Below, piece by piece: positions 52,440-64,000 of a stretch of 64,000 bases of DNA. Positions within the stretch are counted from its first letter, which is position 1; every line of letters begins with the position of its first letter. Source of the stretch: Chiloscyllium plagiosum (lineage: Eukaryota); assembly GCF_004010195.1 (NCBI RefSeq), contig NC_057751.1, positions 17,771,768-17,835,767 on the forward strand, read 5' to 3'. Below the pieces are notes generated by a model that made no database searches, had not been told where the DNA came from, and saw only the letters and a list, made by a program, of their open reading frames with translations. The translations under genes and the position numbers were made by a program.

Positions 52440-52656
52440 ACCCCTTACCGAACACTACAGGCAATTTAGTATGGCCAATTCACCTGACCTGCACATCTTT
52501 GGACTGTGGGAGGAAACCGGAGCACCCGGAGGAAACCCACGCAGACACAGGGAGAACGTGCAAACTCCACACAGTCAGTTGCCTGAGGCGGGAATTGAAC
52601 CCGGGTCTCTGGCGCTGTGAGGCAGCAGTGCTAACCACTGTGCGACCGTGCCGCCC
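52440..52656 (-). mobile_element. Young HE1-type SINE (5' part)
   Basis: Minus strand gggcggcacggtcgcacagtggttagcactgctgcctcacagcgccagagacccgggttcaattccc. Confidence 0.9.
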
Positions 52657-52824
52657 AACAAACTTTGAGAAGGCTCTCCTTCGTCAACTGAAGGAGACTT
52701 CACGTGAGGAAGGGGCAGTGTTCCTATTGGTTGTGATTTCAACTGAACGTGCTAGGTTGTAACCTGAGGTTGTGTGACCTCTGACGTTCTCCAACCCATT
52801 CCAACGCCAGTACCTCCACATCAT

Positions 52825-53078
52825 AAAGGGGACATAAATTTAAGGTGAAGGGTGGAAGGTATAGGGGAGATGTCAGGGGTGGGTTCTTTACCCAGAGAGT
52901 GGTGGGGGCATGGAATGCGCTGCCCGTGGGAGTGGTAGAGTCGGAATCATTGGCGACCTTTAAGCGGCATTTGGATAGGTACATGGATGGGTACTTAATC
53001 TAGGTTAGAGGTTCGGCACAACATCGTGGGCCGAAGGGCCTGTTCTGTGCTGTATTGTTCTATGTTCTATGTTCTATC
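52825..53078 (+). mobile_element. Young CR1 3'-end fragment
   Basis: GHKFKVKGGRYRGDVRGGFFTQRVVGAWNALP; tail (gttctat)3. Confidence 0.85.
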
Positions 53079-53149
53079 ATTCCTAACAGAAAATATGGGT
53101 TGAAGGGATGATACATTTCTTCACTTAAGGTGCTGTTAATATTTAGGAA

Positions 53150-53545
53150 CAATCAGAGAACAATCACAAAGGCCAATATCCAACCTATAGAATCTATCTG
53201 CCAGGCCCGCTGTCAAAGAAAGGCTGCCAGCATTCTCAAAGATCCATTCCACCCTGGCAATCTTTTTCTACAAGCTTTACCATCGGAGAGAAGGTACAGA
53301 AGCCTGAACACACGCACCAGCCGGTTTTGTAACAGTTTCTATTCCACTACTGTTAGAATACTGAATTGACTCACAAACTCTTAACATTCGCCTGTACCTG
53401 TCTTTTTGTTCTTGCTGTTATTCACCTAGTATTTACTACCTATGTTGCTTAACTGTGTAATCTGCCTGTATTGCTCGCAAGACAAAGCTTTTCACTGTGC
53501 CTTGGTACATGTGACAATAAATTCATGTCATTTCAATTCAACTCA
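53150..53545 (+). mobile_element. Rex1/Babar-like LINE 3' end
   Basis: KAASILKDPFHPGNLFLQALPSERRYRSLNTRTSRFCNSFY; aataaa followed by ttcaa-type tail repeats. Confidence 0.7.
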
Positions 53546-53852
53546 ACGTCGGTGACATTGCTGTAGCTTTCTTGAAGCAGCCTAATCGTTTCCATAATAT
53601 GGACATTAAATAAAAATCTGCATGGAATTTATGCACACTTCTGCTGAAGTATGATTTGCATTTCAATCATTTTCGTAACAGAGAAACCAGTGTTTCAAAT
53701 ATGGATCCAGCTTTGTCCCGAAACAGCTTAATGGGAAATATTTCTTTTCGTTTCATATGATCTTAGGTTATGAATAAGTAATGCTGACAACACCAGTCAG
53801 AACTTCCCTCTATTATTTAATTAAGTGTGACGTTGAGATAATTTAGTACGAT

Positions 53853-54434
53853 TGTTCGATGGTAGTCGTGACCATGCTGCACCTTTACCAAGGTTATGTC
53901 GTCCTTCGGTTTTCTTGAAGTGTGTTCATAAAGGAAGAGGTGCTGACATCTGGAGGAGGCTATTTTCAACTATGACAGGCGGCCTGTTTTCCCAGCTCAG
54001 GCTTTTCAAGGGGGTTGAGTTTGAGCAGGTAGTCAGAAACACGGCTGGTAGCAGAGAAGGTACGACAAGAAAAATAGATTCCATGCTTCAACAGATTGTC
54101 AGGCCGTATTGTTCTCTCTGAAAAACTCGTCTGCCTGGAAGAGCTGTGTTTTAATTTACTATTTGCCAAGAGATGTGTTTATGGGATGTTGTGAGAATTG
54201 TAACAGCTTCGTTAAGTCGTGGTATTATATCAGCTGAGTTTTCAAATAGTTCATTATTCGGAATTCTGTTTTCTTTTGTAAGGTTCAACTGCATTGTTTA
54301 AATATATTCTGTTTTTTTAAGGCGATTAAATTGACTAGCTGCGTCACTTCTGCAATATCCGCTGCACAGGTATCAAAAAAATGCTAACTTATGGTTTATG
54401 CTACCTTTTTGGGGGCATGACCTTCTCTACAACA
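53853..54434 (+). mobile_element. Solo LTR related to the LTR at 1856-2517
   Basis: TG...CA termini (tgttcgat...tacaaca); shares 'gctgcaccttt' and 'gtcctt' at its 5' end with the reverse complement of 2517-2450. Confidence 0.55.
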
Positions 54435-55494
54435 TAATGCATTTGCTGGAAAATGAAATTCATTTGAATGGGAACCTTCAGGCCGTCATTTCCCTTCAGT
54501 CTTCGTGTACTGCAAGAGTGAGAAGTCGATCTTAATTGGGAATATGAGCATGTCAGACATCAATGTCCACCTACCTAAGCAAGATTATTCCAAGAGCTCC
54601 ATCTTGGCATTCCTCTGTTTAGAAATGTAGGGTATCTAATACCTCCTAATATATGCTGAAATAAAAAAAAAACTCTTGCAATCATATGGAATTACACAAA
54701 GGTGGGTAAAAAGAGTGAGAGCATTTACCCTATCCATGCATCTCATGACCTTATGCGCCTCTGTAAGCTTCCCCATCAGTGCCCTCAGCTCGAAGAAAAT
54801 GTCCTTGCTTCTCTGAACTCTCCCTATAACTCAGACTATTGTGTACAGACAGAATCCTTGTCGATTTTTTCTGCTCTATTTCTTTTTTAATAACATCCTT
54901 CTAATGGCAAGGTGACCAAAACTGAACACAATACTCACCAGAGTGTTGCCTCACCAGAGTACTTATTGAAGGAAAGGTAACCTTTCATTTCTGTACTAAA
55001 ATGCCACTGATGGAGGTCAGTGTGCTTTTCTCTTTAATATACTTAAGACACGTATTTGGATTCTCCACAATCTTCTCAATCAGTGCTGTCTAATGCCGCA
55101 TTATTGCTCTCCGGTTTTCCAGCTTAAGAAAACGTCTGTATACCTTATAGGCTTCCAGGGAATATTTAGATCACAAATGACTGCTGTTAATCACATATTC
55201 ATCACTGCTCATCATCTATTTCGTTCCTTCTTTTCCCAGTCCACTTGTGCAAACCTGACGGTTTTCCAGATTGAATTTCAAACGATGGCTTTCTTTCTGA
55301 AAAGACTCTAAACTCAAGAATGGATGTATTGCTACAATTGGTGGGACCAATCCGGGTGTACTGTGTGAAGTTTTGCTTTCCATATCGTCGGAACGATGTT
55401 CCTGCTCTGCGGGTTCTGGGGCAAAGGTTTACCACAACAATTCTTGGAATTGCAGTTCTGGCATAAGGAGACAGATTTTTCCAGATCGCATAAT

Positions 55495-55682
55495 AACAAA
55501 AAGTGGAATTTCTGGAGAAACTCTGTCGGTCTGGAAGATCCGTGGAGAACAAGAAGAGTTCACTTATTTCGTCAAACGACCCTTCTTCAGAAAAATGATG
55601 ATTTGACTCGGAACATTATCTCTGCTTTCTGTGCACAGACATTGCCAGAACTGTTGTATTCCTCCAGTAATTTCTGCAATTC
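55495..55682. mobile_element. Decayed Penelope-type fold-back terminal fragment
   Basis: Minus-strand copy with ctgaagaagggtc (~55578-55590) followed by a plus-strand copy 'gactcggaacatt...cacagacattgccaga...ccagtaatttctg'. Confidence 0.55.
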
Positions 55683-56049
55683 CCATTCTTGTGAGAATTC
55701 GGCGAAGGTCGGCTCAGAATGAGCATTACCTGGAAGGAACTCCAACTCACATTATTGTCAACTCAATCCTTTCATTTCTGATTATTATTCAATGAATAAT
55801 GCCCATTTAAATCAACGTAGTCTTTGGAGCAGATGATGCACAGCTACCTAGACACTTGACGCAAAACATCCTGAAAATTAACTCACCGGCGAAACAAAAC
55901 TCTTCTCTGACGTTGTCAACCAGGCTACACAAGCATACAACATGTGCAGAACATTCCGAGACCTCTGTGTAGTGTTACATCTCTCACACGAGAGGCAGCG
56001 ATGAGAGTCACAGTTTCCTTTGCTACTGCAATGTTATTCGTCATGAAAA

Positions 56050-58605
56050 GACAGTAGCTTCATGGATGCAAATTGTAAGGGGGAACTGAGAATAATGATG
56101 AAGAGCCAGGAGGCACATTCCAATGTTATGCGACAGGACATTTCGGACTGAGTTGAAGGGAAATGTCTGCGGCCAGAGACTGCTGAGTTTGTGGAATCCT
56201 CTGCTGACGAAAACGGCTGAATCCAAAACTTGGAATATTTTCCAAAAACGATTTTGATATAGTTCTTACGGCTAGACGGTTGAAATGTTATGGGGGCGAA
56301 AGTGGGATCAGGGACTGATTTAGATAACCCGCCATTATCATATTGAATGGCGGATAATTTTCCAATGACGTACTGCAGCTTATATCTTTCACTTTCTATA
56401 TGTCAATGTTCAATGGTTTTTACTAGGTTTGGAGAAATTTTTCGAGTAGATATTTCCAGTGATCGATATTGTAACCATTGATCTTCGTGGTATCATTATT
56501 TACCTGGATTCTTATATGCATTCGACAGCTTCCAAGTTTACAGATGACACAATTTTGGAAACTCGATAAACTGTGAGGAGGTCAATTTGGAACACGACAA
56601 TTACATTGAGAAGATAGTGGTGTGGGCAGAGAGTTGCTAGAAGAATTTAAGTGCTCACAGGCGTAACGTGATGTATTTTGGTCGTCCGAACTTTGAACGG
56701 CAATATAAATTCTGGAGTCCAAATCAAAAGCGAAAACAGGAGGGACGGACATGTATGCATATGCACATGGATTAGTGATGGTGGTAGAACAGGTCAAGAG
56801 ATCAGTTATCTCACAATAACAAGCGAACATATGGTGTTCGTGACTTGATTGGTAGGCTGTGAATGACAAGACCTAGGAAATGATGACATACTTGCTCATT
56901 ACACTTCTGAAAGCTCATTTGGCATGTTGTGTACCTTATAGCAAAATTGGGAGTAGATTGCAGAGACTGCAGACAGGTTACAGGAATGGATATACAAATG
57001 AGAAATGGCATAGAAGAGAGTAGATTCAAGAAGTTGGACGTTTCTCCTTGGAGATAAGAAGGCTGAGAGGACAGGTGATGTTGGTTTTTGCCATGGAGAC
57101 AGTGAGGTCTGCAGATGTGGGAGGTTTGAGTTGTGGGCTGGATAAAATGAATAGAGAAATGAGGAAGAACGGGTAGGAATAAATGCAGAGTGATTGTTCT
57201 TTTTTTATTTTTGTTATCTGTCCATCGCTTACTGGTCAGCATATATTGCCTGCACTTGATTGCACTGAGGAATTTGTGGTTACTGCCTCCTTGAACTGCT
57301 GCCGTCCACCGGATATGAGTCAACTGACAGTGTCATTAGGGAAGGAATTTCAGGCTTTTGACTAACAAATACGAAGTAAGTGAGGTACACATCTGCGTCT
57401 GTATGCTGGGAATTTTGGAGAGGAACTTACAGGTGTTCGTCTTCCCACGTATCTGCTGTCTTCTCCTTATAGATGCAAATGGATTTAAAAGCTGCGCTCT
57501 GAGGATCTTTGGTGATATTTTGCATTGTATCTAGAAGATTGAATACACTGCTGCTACTGAGCCTTCGTTGCGGAGGGAGTGAATGCACTTGAATATACTG
57601 TCAGTCAAGCAGGCCATGTTATCTTGAATGACGTCAAACTTCTTTGGCATTTAGCTGCACCCATTTAGCAAGTGAGGTGTGTTCCATGTCAGTCCTGATT
57701 TGGGCCGTGCAGATGCTGGGCAGCCTTTGGGAATTCAAGAGTCGACTTAGTCGCCGCATAATTCCTATCATCAGACCTGCACATGCAGACATTCTATTCA
57801 TATGGTTTGACCCGTTGCCTTTGTGGTCAATGGTAACTCTCAGGTGTTAAATCGTGCGGGATTCATTGAAGTTCAAATCATTGAATTTCAAAGTGTGCCA
57901 GTTAGGTTAGTATTATCGGTGATGATCATAACGTGGTATATGTGTGTCACAACTGTTACATGCCAGTTGTCAGCCCAAGCGTTGACATCATTCAGATCAT
58001 GCTGCATTTGTTGTTGAACACTGTGAAGTCATCTTTGAGCGTTCACACTTCTGAAAATATGATGTAAGGAAGGTAATTAAATGAGCATCTTAAGACTGTT
58101 ACGCCGAGAGTACTATCTTGAGGACGCCCTGCATAGATGCCCTGGAAGAGAGATCACTGACCTCGAACAACCATCACCATCTTCTTATCTGCCAGAGACA
58201 GAAACGTAGTAGCATAGAAAATAGGAGCTGTAAAATGTCATTCGCATTTCAAGCCTGCACCACCATTCATTATGATCATGGCTGATCATGCAATTTCAAC
58301 ATGCTAATCCCGATTTCTCTCCATGCCACTTGTCTCTTGAGCCACAAGGGTCTCATGGAGCTGTCTTTTGAATTTATCGAATGAACCGGCTATTGTAGCT
58401 TCGTGCTGGAGAAAATTCCACAGCCTCAGAACTCAGAATTAAAAATATCTTCCTCATCTTTGTCCTCAATGGTTTCCTCTTATTCTTCGGCAGTGAGTCC
58501 CAGTTCTGGACTTGCCCAAATGTGAGAACATTTTTCCCGCATCTATCTTCTCCAGTAATAACATGTTTTCATCTCAAACGATCCAATCTTTCCTCAGATG
58601 TAGGT
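56050..58605. mobile_element. Series of old CR1-clade LINE fragments (+ 56050-57090; - 57200-58195; - 58200-58605)
   Basis: 'ttccaagtttacagatgacacaattttgg' = SKFTDDT; characteristic 3' UTR remnants. Confidence 0.6.
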
Positions 58606-59306
58606 CCTGCGATTCCAGGAAACAGCGTTGTATATTTTCACTGGATTCTCACAATAACAAGAATGGCCTCGTGGCAGCATCGCAGCGAAGGTACATGCGA
58701 AGGGTGAAATGCTGTGAGCGTCTCAGGAAGCCACACTGGTAACTGTGACCTGAAGTCAGCATCATTTGGAAGCAGGGAGAAAGGGAGGACTGCAGATGTT
58801 GCAAATCAGAGTCGAGAGTATGGTAATAGAAAAGCACAGCATATCCTGCAGCATGCGAGGAGCAGGAGAATCAATGCTTCGGGCATAAGTCCATCATGAC
58901 AGGGAAACAGTATGGAAAGAGTGGCCTGCAATCTGCAGTAGAGTGGAAGGGAGCATGGGCTGAAGCGAACGAACGCAAAGCAGCAGTTTGGAAGTGCATT
59001 CTCCAATGACAAACACAGGGAAGCATACTAGAAATACTGGCCTTCAGTCAGTGCTGCAGTAATAATGTTCACAAAGAAAGGTCTACAGTTACATGAAGTT
59101 GGCTCCAGTGCGAAATAGTCCAGGAAGAGTGGTGTGAAGTCATCATGTCAGTGAAGCTGTTTGAGAACATTGGCCTGAAGTTAGCATCGCAGTGAAACCA
59201 GGTGTAGGAAGCGGATTGCAGTCAGAATTCAGGTAAGCAGTCTCTGAAATGTAATCTGCTGTCAGCATCATAGAGGAACTTTCGCTGGACTCTCACAATA
59301 ACAAGC

Positions 59307-62300
59307 GAACATAGAATATAAAAACATACAGCACAGAACAGACCTTTTGGCCCACGATATTTTGCCGAGGATTAATCTTAATGGAAAATAAAATAACCTA
59401 ACCTACGCACCCGTCAATTCGCTGCGATCCATATGCATGTCCAGCAGTCACTTAAATGTCCCCAATGACTCTGCTTCCACCACCACCAGTAGGAATGCAT
59501 TCCATGCATTCACAACTCACTGCATAAAGAACCTTCCTCTGATGTCCACTTTATACCTTTCCCCTAATATCTCAAAACCATGACTCCCCGTGCCAGTCAA
59601 TCCTCCCCTTGGGAATAGACTCTGGCTATTGACTCGATGCATTACTCTCATTATCTTGTATGCCTTGATCAGGCAACCTATCTTCCTCCTTTCTCCAGAG
59701 AGAAAATTCCGAGCTCAGTCAACCTCTCTTCATAAGAAAAGCCCTTCGTCCAGCTAGCATCCTGGTAAACCTTCTTTGCACCCTCTCCAAAGCCTCTGTA
59801 TCTTTTCTATAGAAAGGCGACAAGAAGGGGATGAAATACTCCGAGTGTGGTCTCACTAGGGACTTGTAGAGCTGTCGCAAGACCTCGCAGCTCTTAAACA
59901 CGATCGCCTATTAAAGAAAGCCAAAATGCCATATGGTTTCTTAACAACCTTATTCATTTGGATGGCAACTTTGAGGGAGCTATGTACTTGATCACCAAGA
60001 TCCCTCTGTTTCCACACTCTGCCAAGAATCCTGTCTTTACTCCTATATTCAGCATTTCAGTACGACCTTCCAAAATGCATTGCCTCGCATTTATCCAGGT
60101 TGAACTCCATTTTCCAATGCTCAGCCCAGCTCTACATCTTGTCTATGCCGCACTGAAGCCTGAAGTAGCCCTCAATACTACCAATGGCACCTCCAACCTT
60201 TGTGTCATCTGCAAATTTACTAACCCGCCCTGCAACTTCCTCATCCAAGTCGTTAATAAAAACTACAAAGAGCAGAGGTCCAAGAACAGAGCCTTGCGGG
60301 ACCCCACTCAACACTGACCTCCAGGCAGAATACTTTTCATCTACACCCACACTCTGCCTTCTGCCAGTCAAACAATCCTGAATCAAGGTAGCCAACGTTC
60401 CCTGTATCCCATACCTCCTGACTTTATGAGGGAGCCGACCATGGGAACCTTATCAAATGCCTTGCTGAAGTCCATATACGCCACACCTACTGCTCCACTT
60501 TCGTCGACCTGTCTTGTCACCTCCTCAAAGAACACAAAAAGTTTTGTAAGGCACGACCTGCCCCTCATAAAGCCATGCTGACTGCCTTTAATCACGCTAT
60601 GCTTTTCAAAGTAGTCATAAATCCTCATAATTATACTCAAAACTTTGTTTACCACAGACGTAAGACTGACTGGTCTGTAATTGCCAGGGATTACCCCATT
60701 AATCTTGCTGAAAAGTGGAACAACACTTGCCTCCTTCCAATCCTCTGGTACGACTCCCATGGTGAGTGAGGAGGCAAAGATCTTCGACTGCGGCTTAGCA
60801 AACTCCTTTCTCGCTTCGCGGCACAGCCTAGGATACATCTGTTCTAGCTCTGGGGCCTTATCAATCTTAATGTTTGCCAAACATTCCAGCACATCACCTT
60901 CATCAATCTTGATCTGGTCAAGTAGGTATCCCAGCTCCTCAAAATTCTCTTTCACAACAAGGTCCCTTCCTTCCTGATCTGCTCAGACTCCACAGACATG
61001 TCCCCTACCGTATCCCTGATCGGCTCTATTTTCTCCCCGAACATTCTCTTATTCCGCAAATATGAGAAAAATGCCTTTGGGTTCTGCCTAACCCTTCTTG
61101 CCAGGCCTTTTCGTGCCCCCTCCTGCATCTCCTCAGTCCATGTCTGAGGTCCTTTCTCGCAAGCCTGTAATCATCTAAAGCTGTGCTCGATCCTTACTTC
61201 CTACATCTTACATAAGCTGCCGTCTTCCTTTTTGACGAAAACTCTTCTGTTCTCGTCATCGAATGTTTCTTAATCTTACCCCTTCTTACCTATCTCAGAG
61301 GAACAAATTTGTGCATCACTCACAACAACTGCTCCACATGTCAGCTGTGCCCTTTCTGTGAAACAATTGCTCCCAGTCTGCATTTCCGAACTCCTGATAG
61401 CGTCGTAATTTCCTTTTCCCAAATTAAATATTTTCCCTCGGTAACTGCTCCTTTCCCTCGCCATGGCTAATGGCAAATGTGAGACAGTTGTGCTCACTGT
61501 CACCAAAGTGTTCTCGCACTGCGAGATCTGACACCTGTCCTCGCTTATTGCAGAGCACCAAATCCAAAATGGCCTCTTCACTCGTTGGTCTGTCTACATA
61601 CTAAGTAAGGAAACACTCCTGAACACACCTGACAAAAACCGTTCCAACCAAACCATTTGCACTAAGGAGGTGCCAGTCGATAATGGGAAAGTTGAAATCA
61701 CCCATAACAACAATCCTGCTACATCAGCACTTTTCCAAAATCCGCCCGCCTATGAGTTCTTCTATCTCTCTACTGCTACTAGGGGGTCTGTAGAAAACGC
61801 TGAATATGGTGGCTGTTTTCTTGCTGTTCTTAACTTCCACCCATACTGACTCGGTATACAAACCTTCCTCAACAGCTTTTCTTTCTGTAGCTGTGAGGCG
61901 CACTCTGATTAACAATGCTACACCCCCTCCTCTGTTGTTGTGGTTCTGTTCGCCGAGCTGCGAATTTGTGTTGCAGACGTTTCTTTCACTGTCTAGGTGA
62001 CATGCTCAGTGCGTGGGGACCTCCTGTGAAGCGCTTCTGTGATCTTTTCTCTGGCATTTATAGTGACCACTATAAATGCCGGAGAAAAGATCACAGAGGC
62101 CCTCCACAGGAGGCTCCCACGTACTGACGATGTCATCTAGACAGGGGACAAAACGTCTGCAATACAAATTCCCAGCTCGGCGAACAGAACCACAACAATG
62201 AGCACCCGAGCTACAAATCTTCGCACAAACTTTGACCCCCTCCTCTTTTTCCACCCTCCCTGTTCTTTTTTACATTTTCTAAATCCTGGAGCATCAAGCA

Positions 62301-62965
62301 ACCAGTCCTGCGTCAGTGAAACCCACGTCTCCGTTATGGTCACAACATTATAGCCCCAAGTACTGATCCATGCCGTAGGTTCATCACTCTTATTTCTGAC
62401 ACACTTTGCATTAAAGCAGACACATTTTAACTGATTCACTTGCTTAATCGCGTCAGAATCCTTCCCGATAGATTCACTATCTCCTGTCACTTCTCCATTA
62501 GCAACTGCCCCCTCTCAGATATGTGGCTCTGATTCCCACCCTTCTGTCAAACTCAGTTAAACCCTTTTGAACCACACGTGTAAACATCCCACCCAAGTCA
62601 TTTATGTCCCTTCAGTTCAGGTGCAACCCATCCTTCATGTACAGGTCCCACCTTGCCAGAAGGTGCCCCAATGTTCTAGATATGTGAAGTTCTCCCTCCT
62701 GCACCAGCCTCGCAGCCACGTGTTAAGCTGCATTCGCTGACTATTCTTTACCTCACTATTTAGTGGCACCAGTACCAAACCCAAGATCACTATTCTGCTC
62801 GTGCTGCTCTTCAGTGTCCAACATAGCTCTCTGTCGTCACTTTTCAGATCGTCAATCCCTTTCCTGGCTATATCTTTGGTGTCAATACGCACCACGGTTT
62901 CTGACTGCTCACGCACTCCCTTCAGAATCCTGTAAACGCGATTGGCGACAACCCGGACCTTCGGT
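59307..62965 (-). mobile_element. CR1/HER1 LINE (ORF1 esterase part plus ORF2 APE/RT and 3' end), decayed
   Basis: LKCVCFNAKCVRNK..ITETW; PEDWKEASVVPLF..GNYRPVSLTS; GRSCLT; MDFSKAFDKVP; GVPQGSVLGPLLFVVFINDL; FADDTK; ORF1 VVRIDTKDI..LNTWLRGWCRRENF. Confidence 0.9.
61934..62234. mobile_element. Penelope-derived fold-back insertion (third family): ~130-bp imperfect inverted repeat with a 12-bp TSD
   Basis: Arms ~61936-62065 and 62068-62198 (centre tagtg-ac-cacta); TSD accccctcctct at 61922-61933 and 62235-62246. Confidence 0.85.
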
Positions 62966-63231
62966 GTTCCTCCCTCCCTCTTGGCAGAATGTCTTTCCTT
63001 AGACGGGAGACCAAACTGCACATAATATTCAAGTTGTGGCCTCACCAAGGCCCAGTTTAACTGTCAGACAAAAATGTGGGAAGAATGCCGTGCGATGAGA
63101 AATGCAGATGTTCAGTCCGCAAAGTGTCAACTGAATTCAGCAACACAGTGTAGCAGAGTGAGGAGAGTGTTCGGCAATGGGCAAAGAAGTAAAAAGGGGT
63201 TGGAAGAGTGATTTGAAGTATTCCTCATATT

Positions 63232-63398
63232 AAATTATGTTAGGTGAATTGTCCATGCTAAATTGCACGCAGTGTTTGGTGCATTAGTCAGAGGTGAATG
63301 TAGGGATATGGGTCTGGGTTGGGTTGCTCTTCGGAGGGTCGGTGTGGACTTGTTAGGCCGAGGCGCCTGTTTCCACACTGTAATGAATCTAATCTAAA
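63232..63398 (+). mobile_element. HE1-type SINE 3' part
   Basis: 'ttaggtgaattgtccatgctaaattg...gtttccacactgtaatgaatctaatctaa'. Confidence 0.8.
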
Positions 63399-63884
63399 TT
63401 AACGGAGGATGAGTTGCCTGAAGTCAGCCTTTCAATTAAGCAGTCTGGGAAGAAGGGCAAGCAATCAGCATCACAATTAAAGTCACTAGGGCTACGGTGA
63501 GTGGCCTGGAGTGTAAACGCAGTGAAAATGTTTGGGAAGTGTACCTTGTCATTTACAAATTAGGGATTTTGATGGCTCTGCAGTCAAATAGAAATGGAAA
63601 TGGCTGTGTGGAGCTGTCTGCAATTAGCATTATGATAAAATGGTCCACAAGGAGAGGCTTGAATCAACATCATAGTGTTGCAATGTGGCAAGAGAAATCT
63701 GCAGTGGTGAATGCAGTGAAACTGTCTGCGAAGAGTTGGCTGCAGTGAGCCAACTCTTCGCAAATGCGATGCGAAATGTTGATTATGTTGAAATGTTACA
63801 CTTCAGTAACAATGAGGAGTGATCAGAAATGTATAGAGCTCTTGATAGTCCCAGCGATTGCCACTATTTTGGCAATTAGATTTT

Positions 63885-64000
63885 TTTTAGATTAGATTAA
63901 AATTCCGACACTGTGGAACAGGACCTTTGGTGCAACAAGTATACACCGACACTCCGGAAAGTAACCATCCAGACCCATTCCCCTAACTAATGCACCACAC
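63885..64000 (-). mobile_element. HE1-type SINE 3' part (runs off the window)
   Basis: ttagattagatt tail followed by the reverse complement of the SINE 3' body. Confidence 0.75.

Larger units (their letters stand above)
58660..63790. repeat. Highly degenerate ~41-bp tandem repeat (core TGGCCTGAAGTCAGCATCGCAGTGAA), interrupted by a LINE, a SINE and a Penelope fragment
   Basis: Core recurs at ~59128, 59169, 59211, 59251 and again at ~63411, 63452, 63499. Confidence 0.55.

Noticed and set aside
52328..52762. 144-aa ORF
   Set aside because: Chance read-through of Penelope plus antisense SINE sequence.
55000..56040. Possible 5' exons or promoter of the NLR (IRF-like aaaggaaact, gtgagt donor, ttccag acceptor on the minus strand)
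   Set aside because: The translations match no domain I recognise; splice-like signals alone are insufficient.
56811..57323. 170-aa minus-strand ORF, and similar ORFs at 20243-20704 and 44143-44647
   Set aside because: They overlap LINE or Penelope fragments in non-native frames and lack recognisable motifs.

Overview
Eukaryotic, repeat-dense genomic DNA, very probably from an elasmobranch (shark or ray): it carries HE1-type tRNA-derived SINEs, HER1/CR1-type LINEs and Penelope-type termini. Most of the window is decayed transposons: CR1/HER1 LINEs, three Gypsy LTR elements (two show Gmr1-like PR-IN-RT-RH order), a solo LTR, Penelope/GIY-YIG fragments with minimal hammerhead-ribozyme cores, a Rex1/Babar 3' end, SINEs and two degenerate tandem repeats. 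Host-gene content has three parts. (1) One apparently intact two-exon class A GPCR of the GPR139/142-like type (minus strand, 21213-21060 + 17906-17005, 351 aa). (2) A decayed NACHT-LRR (NLR) pseudogene on the minus strand: its NACHT exon (42802-41122) and two LRR exons lie on one side of a ~13 kb nested Gypsy/LINE block, and a third LRR exon (26190-26021) lies on the other side. (3) A speculative small secreted-protein gene or pseudogene at ~14.2-15.3 kb. No rRNA, true tRNA or CRISPR array was seen. TE boundaries were placed by eye and are approximate. Family assignments rest on recalled motifs, not database searches.
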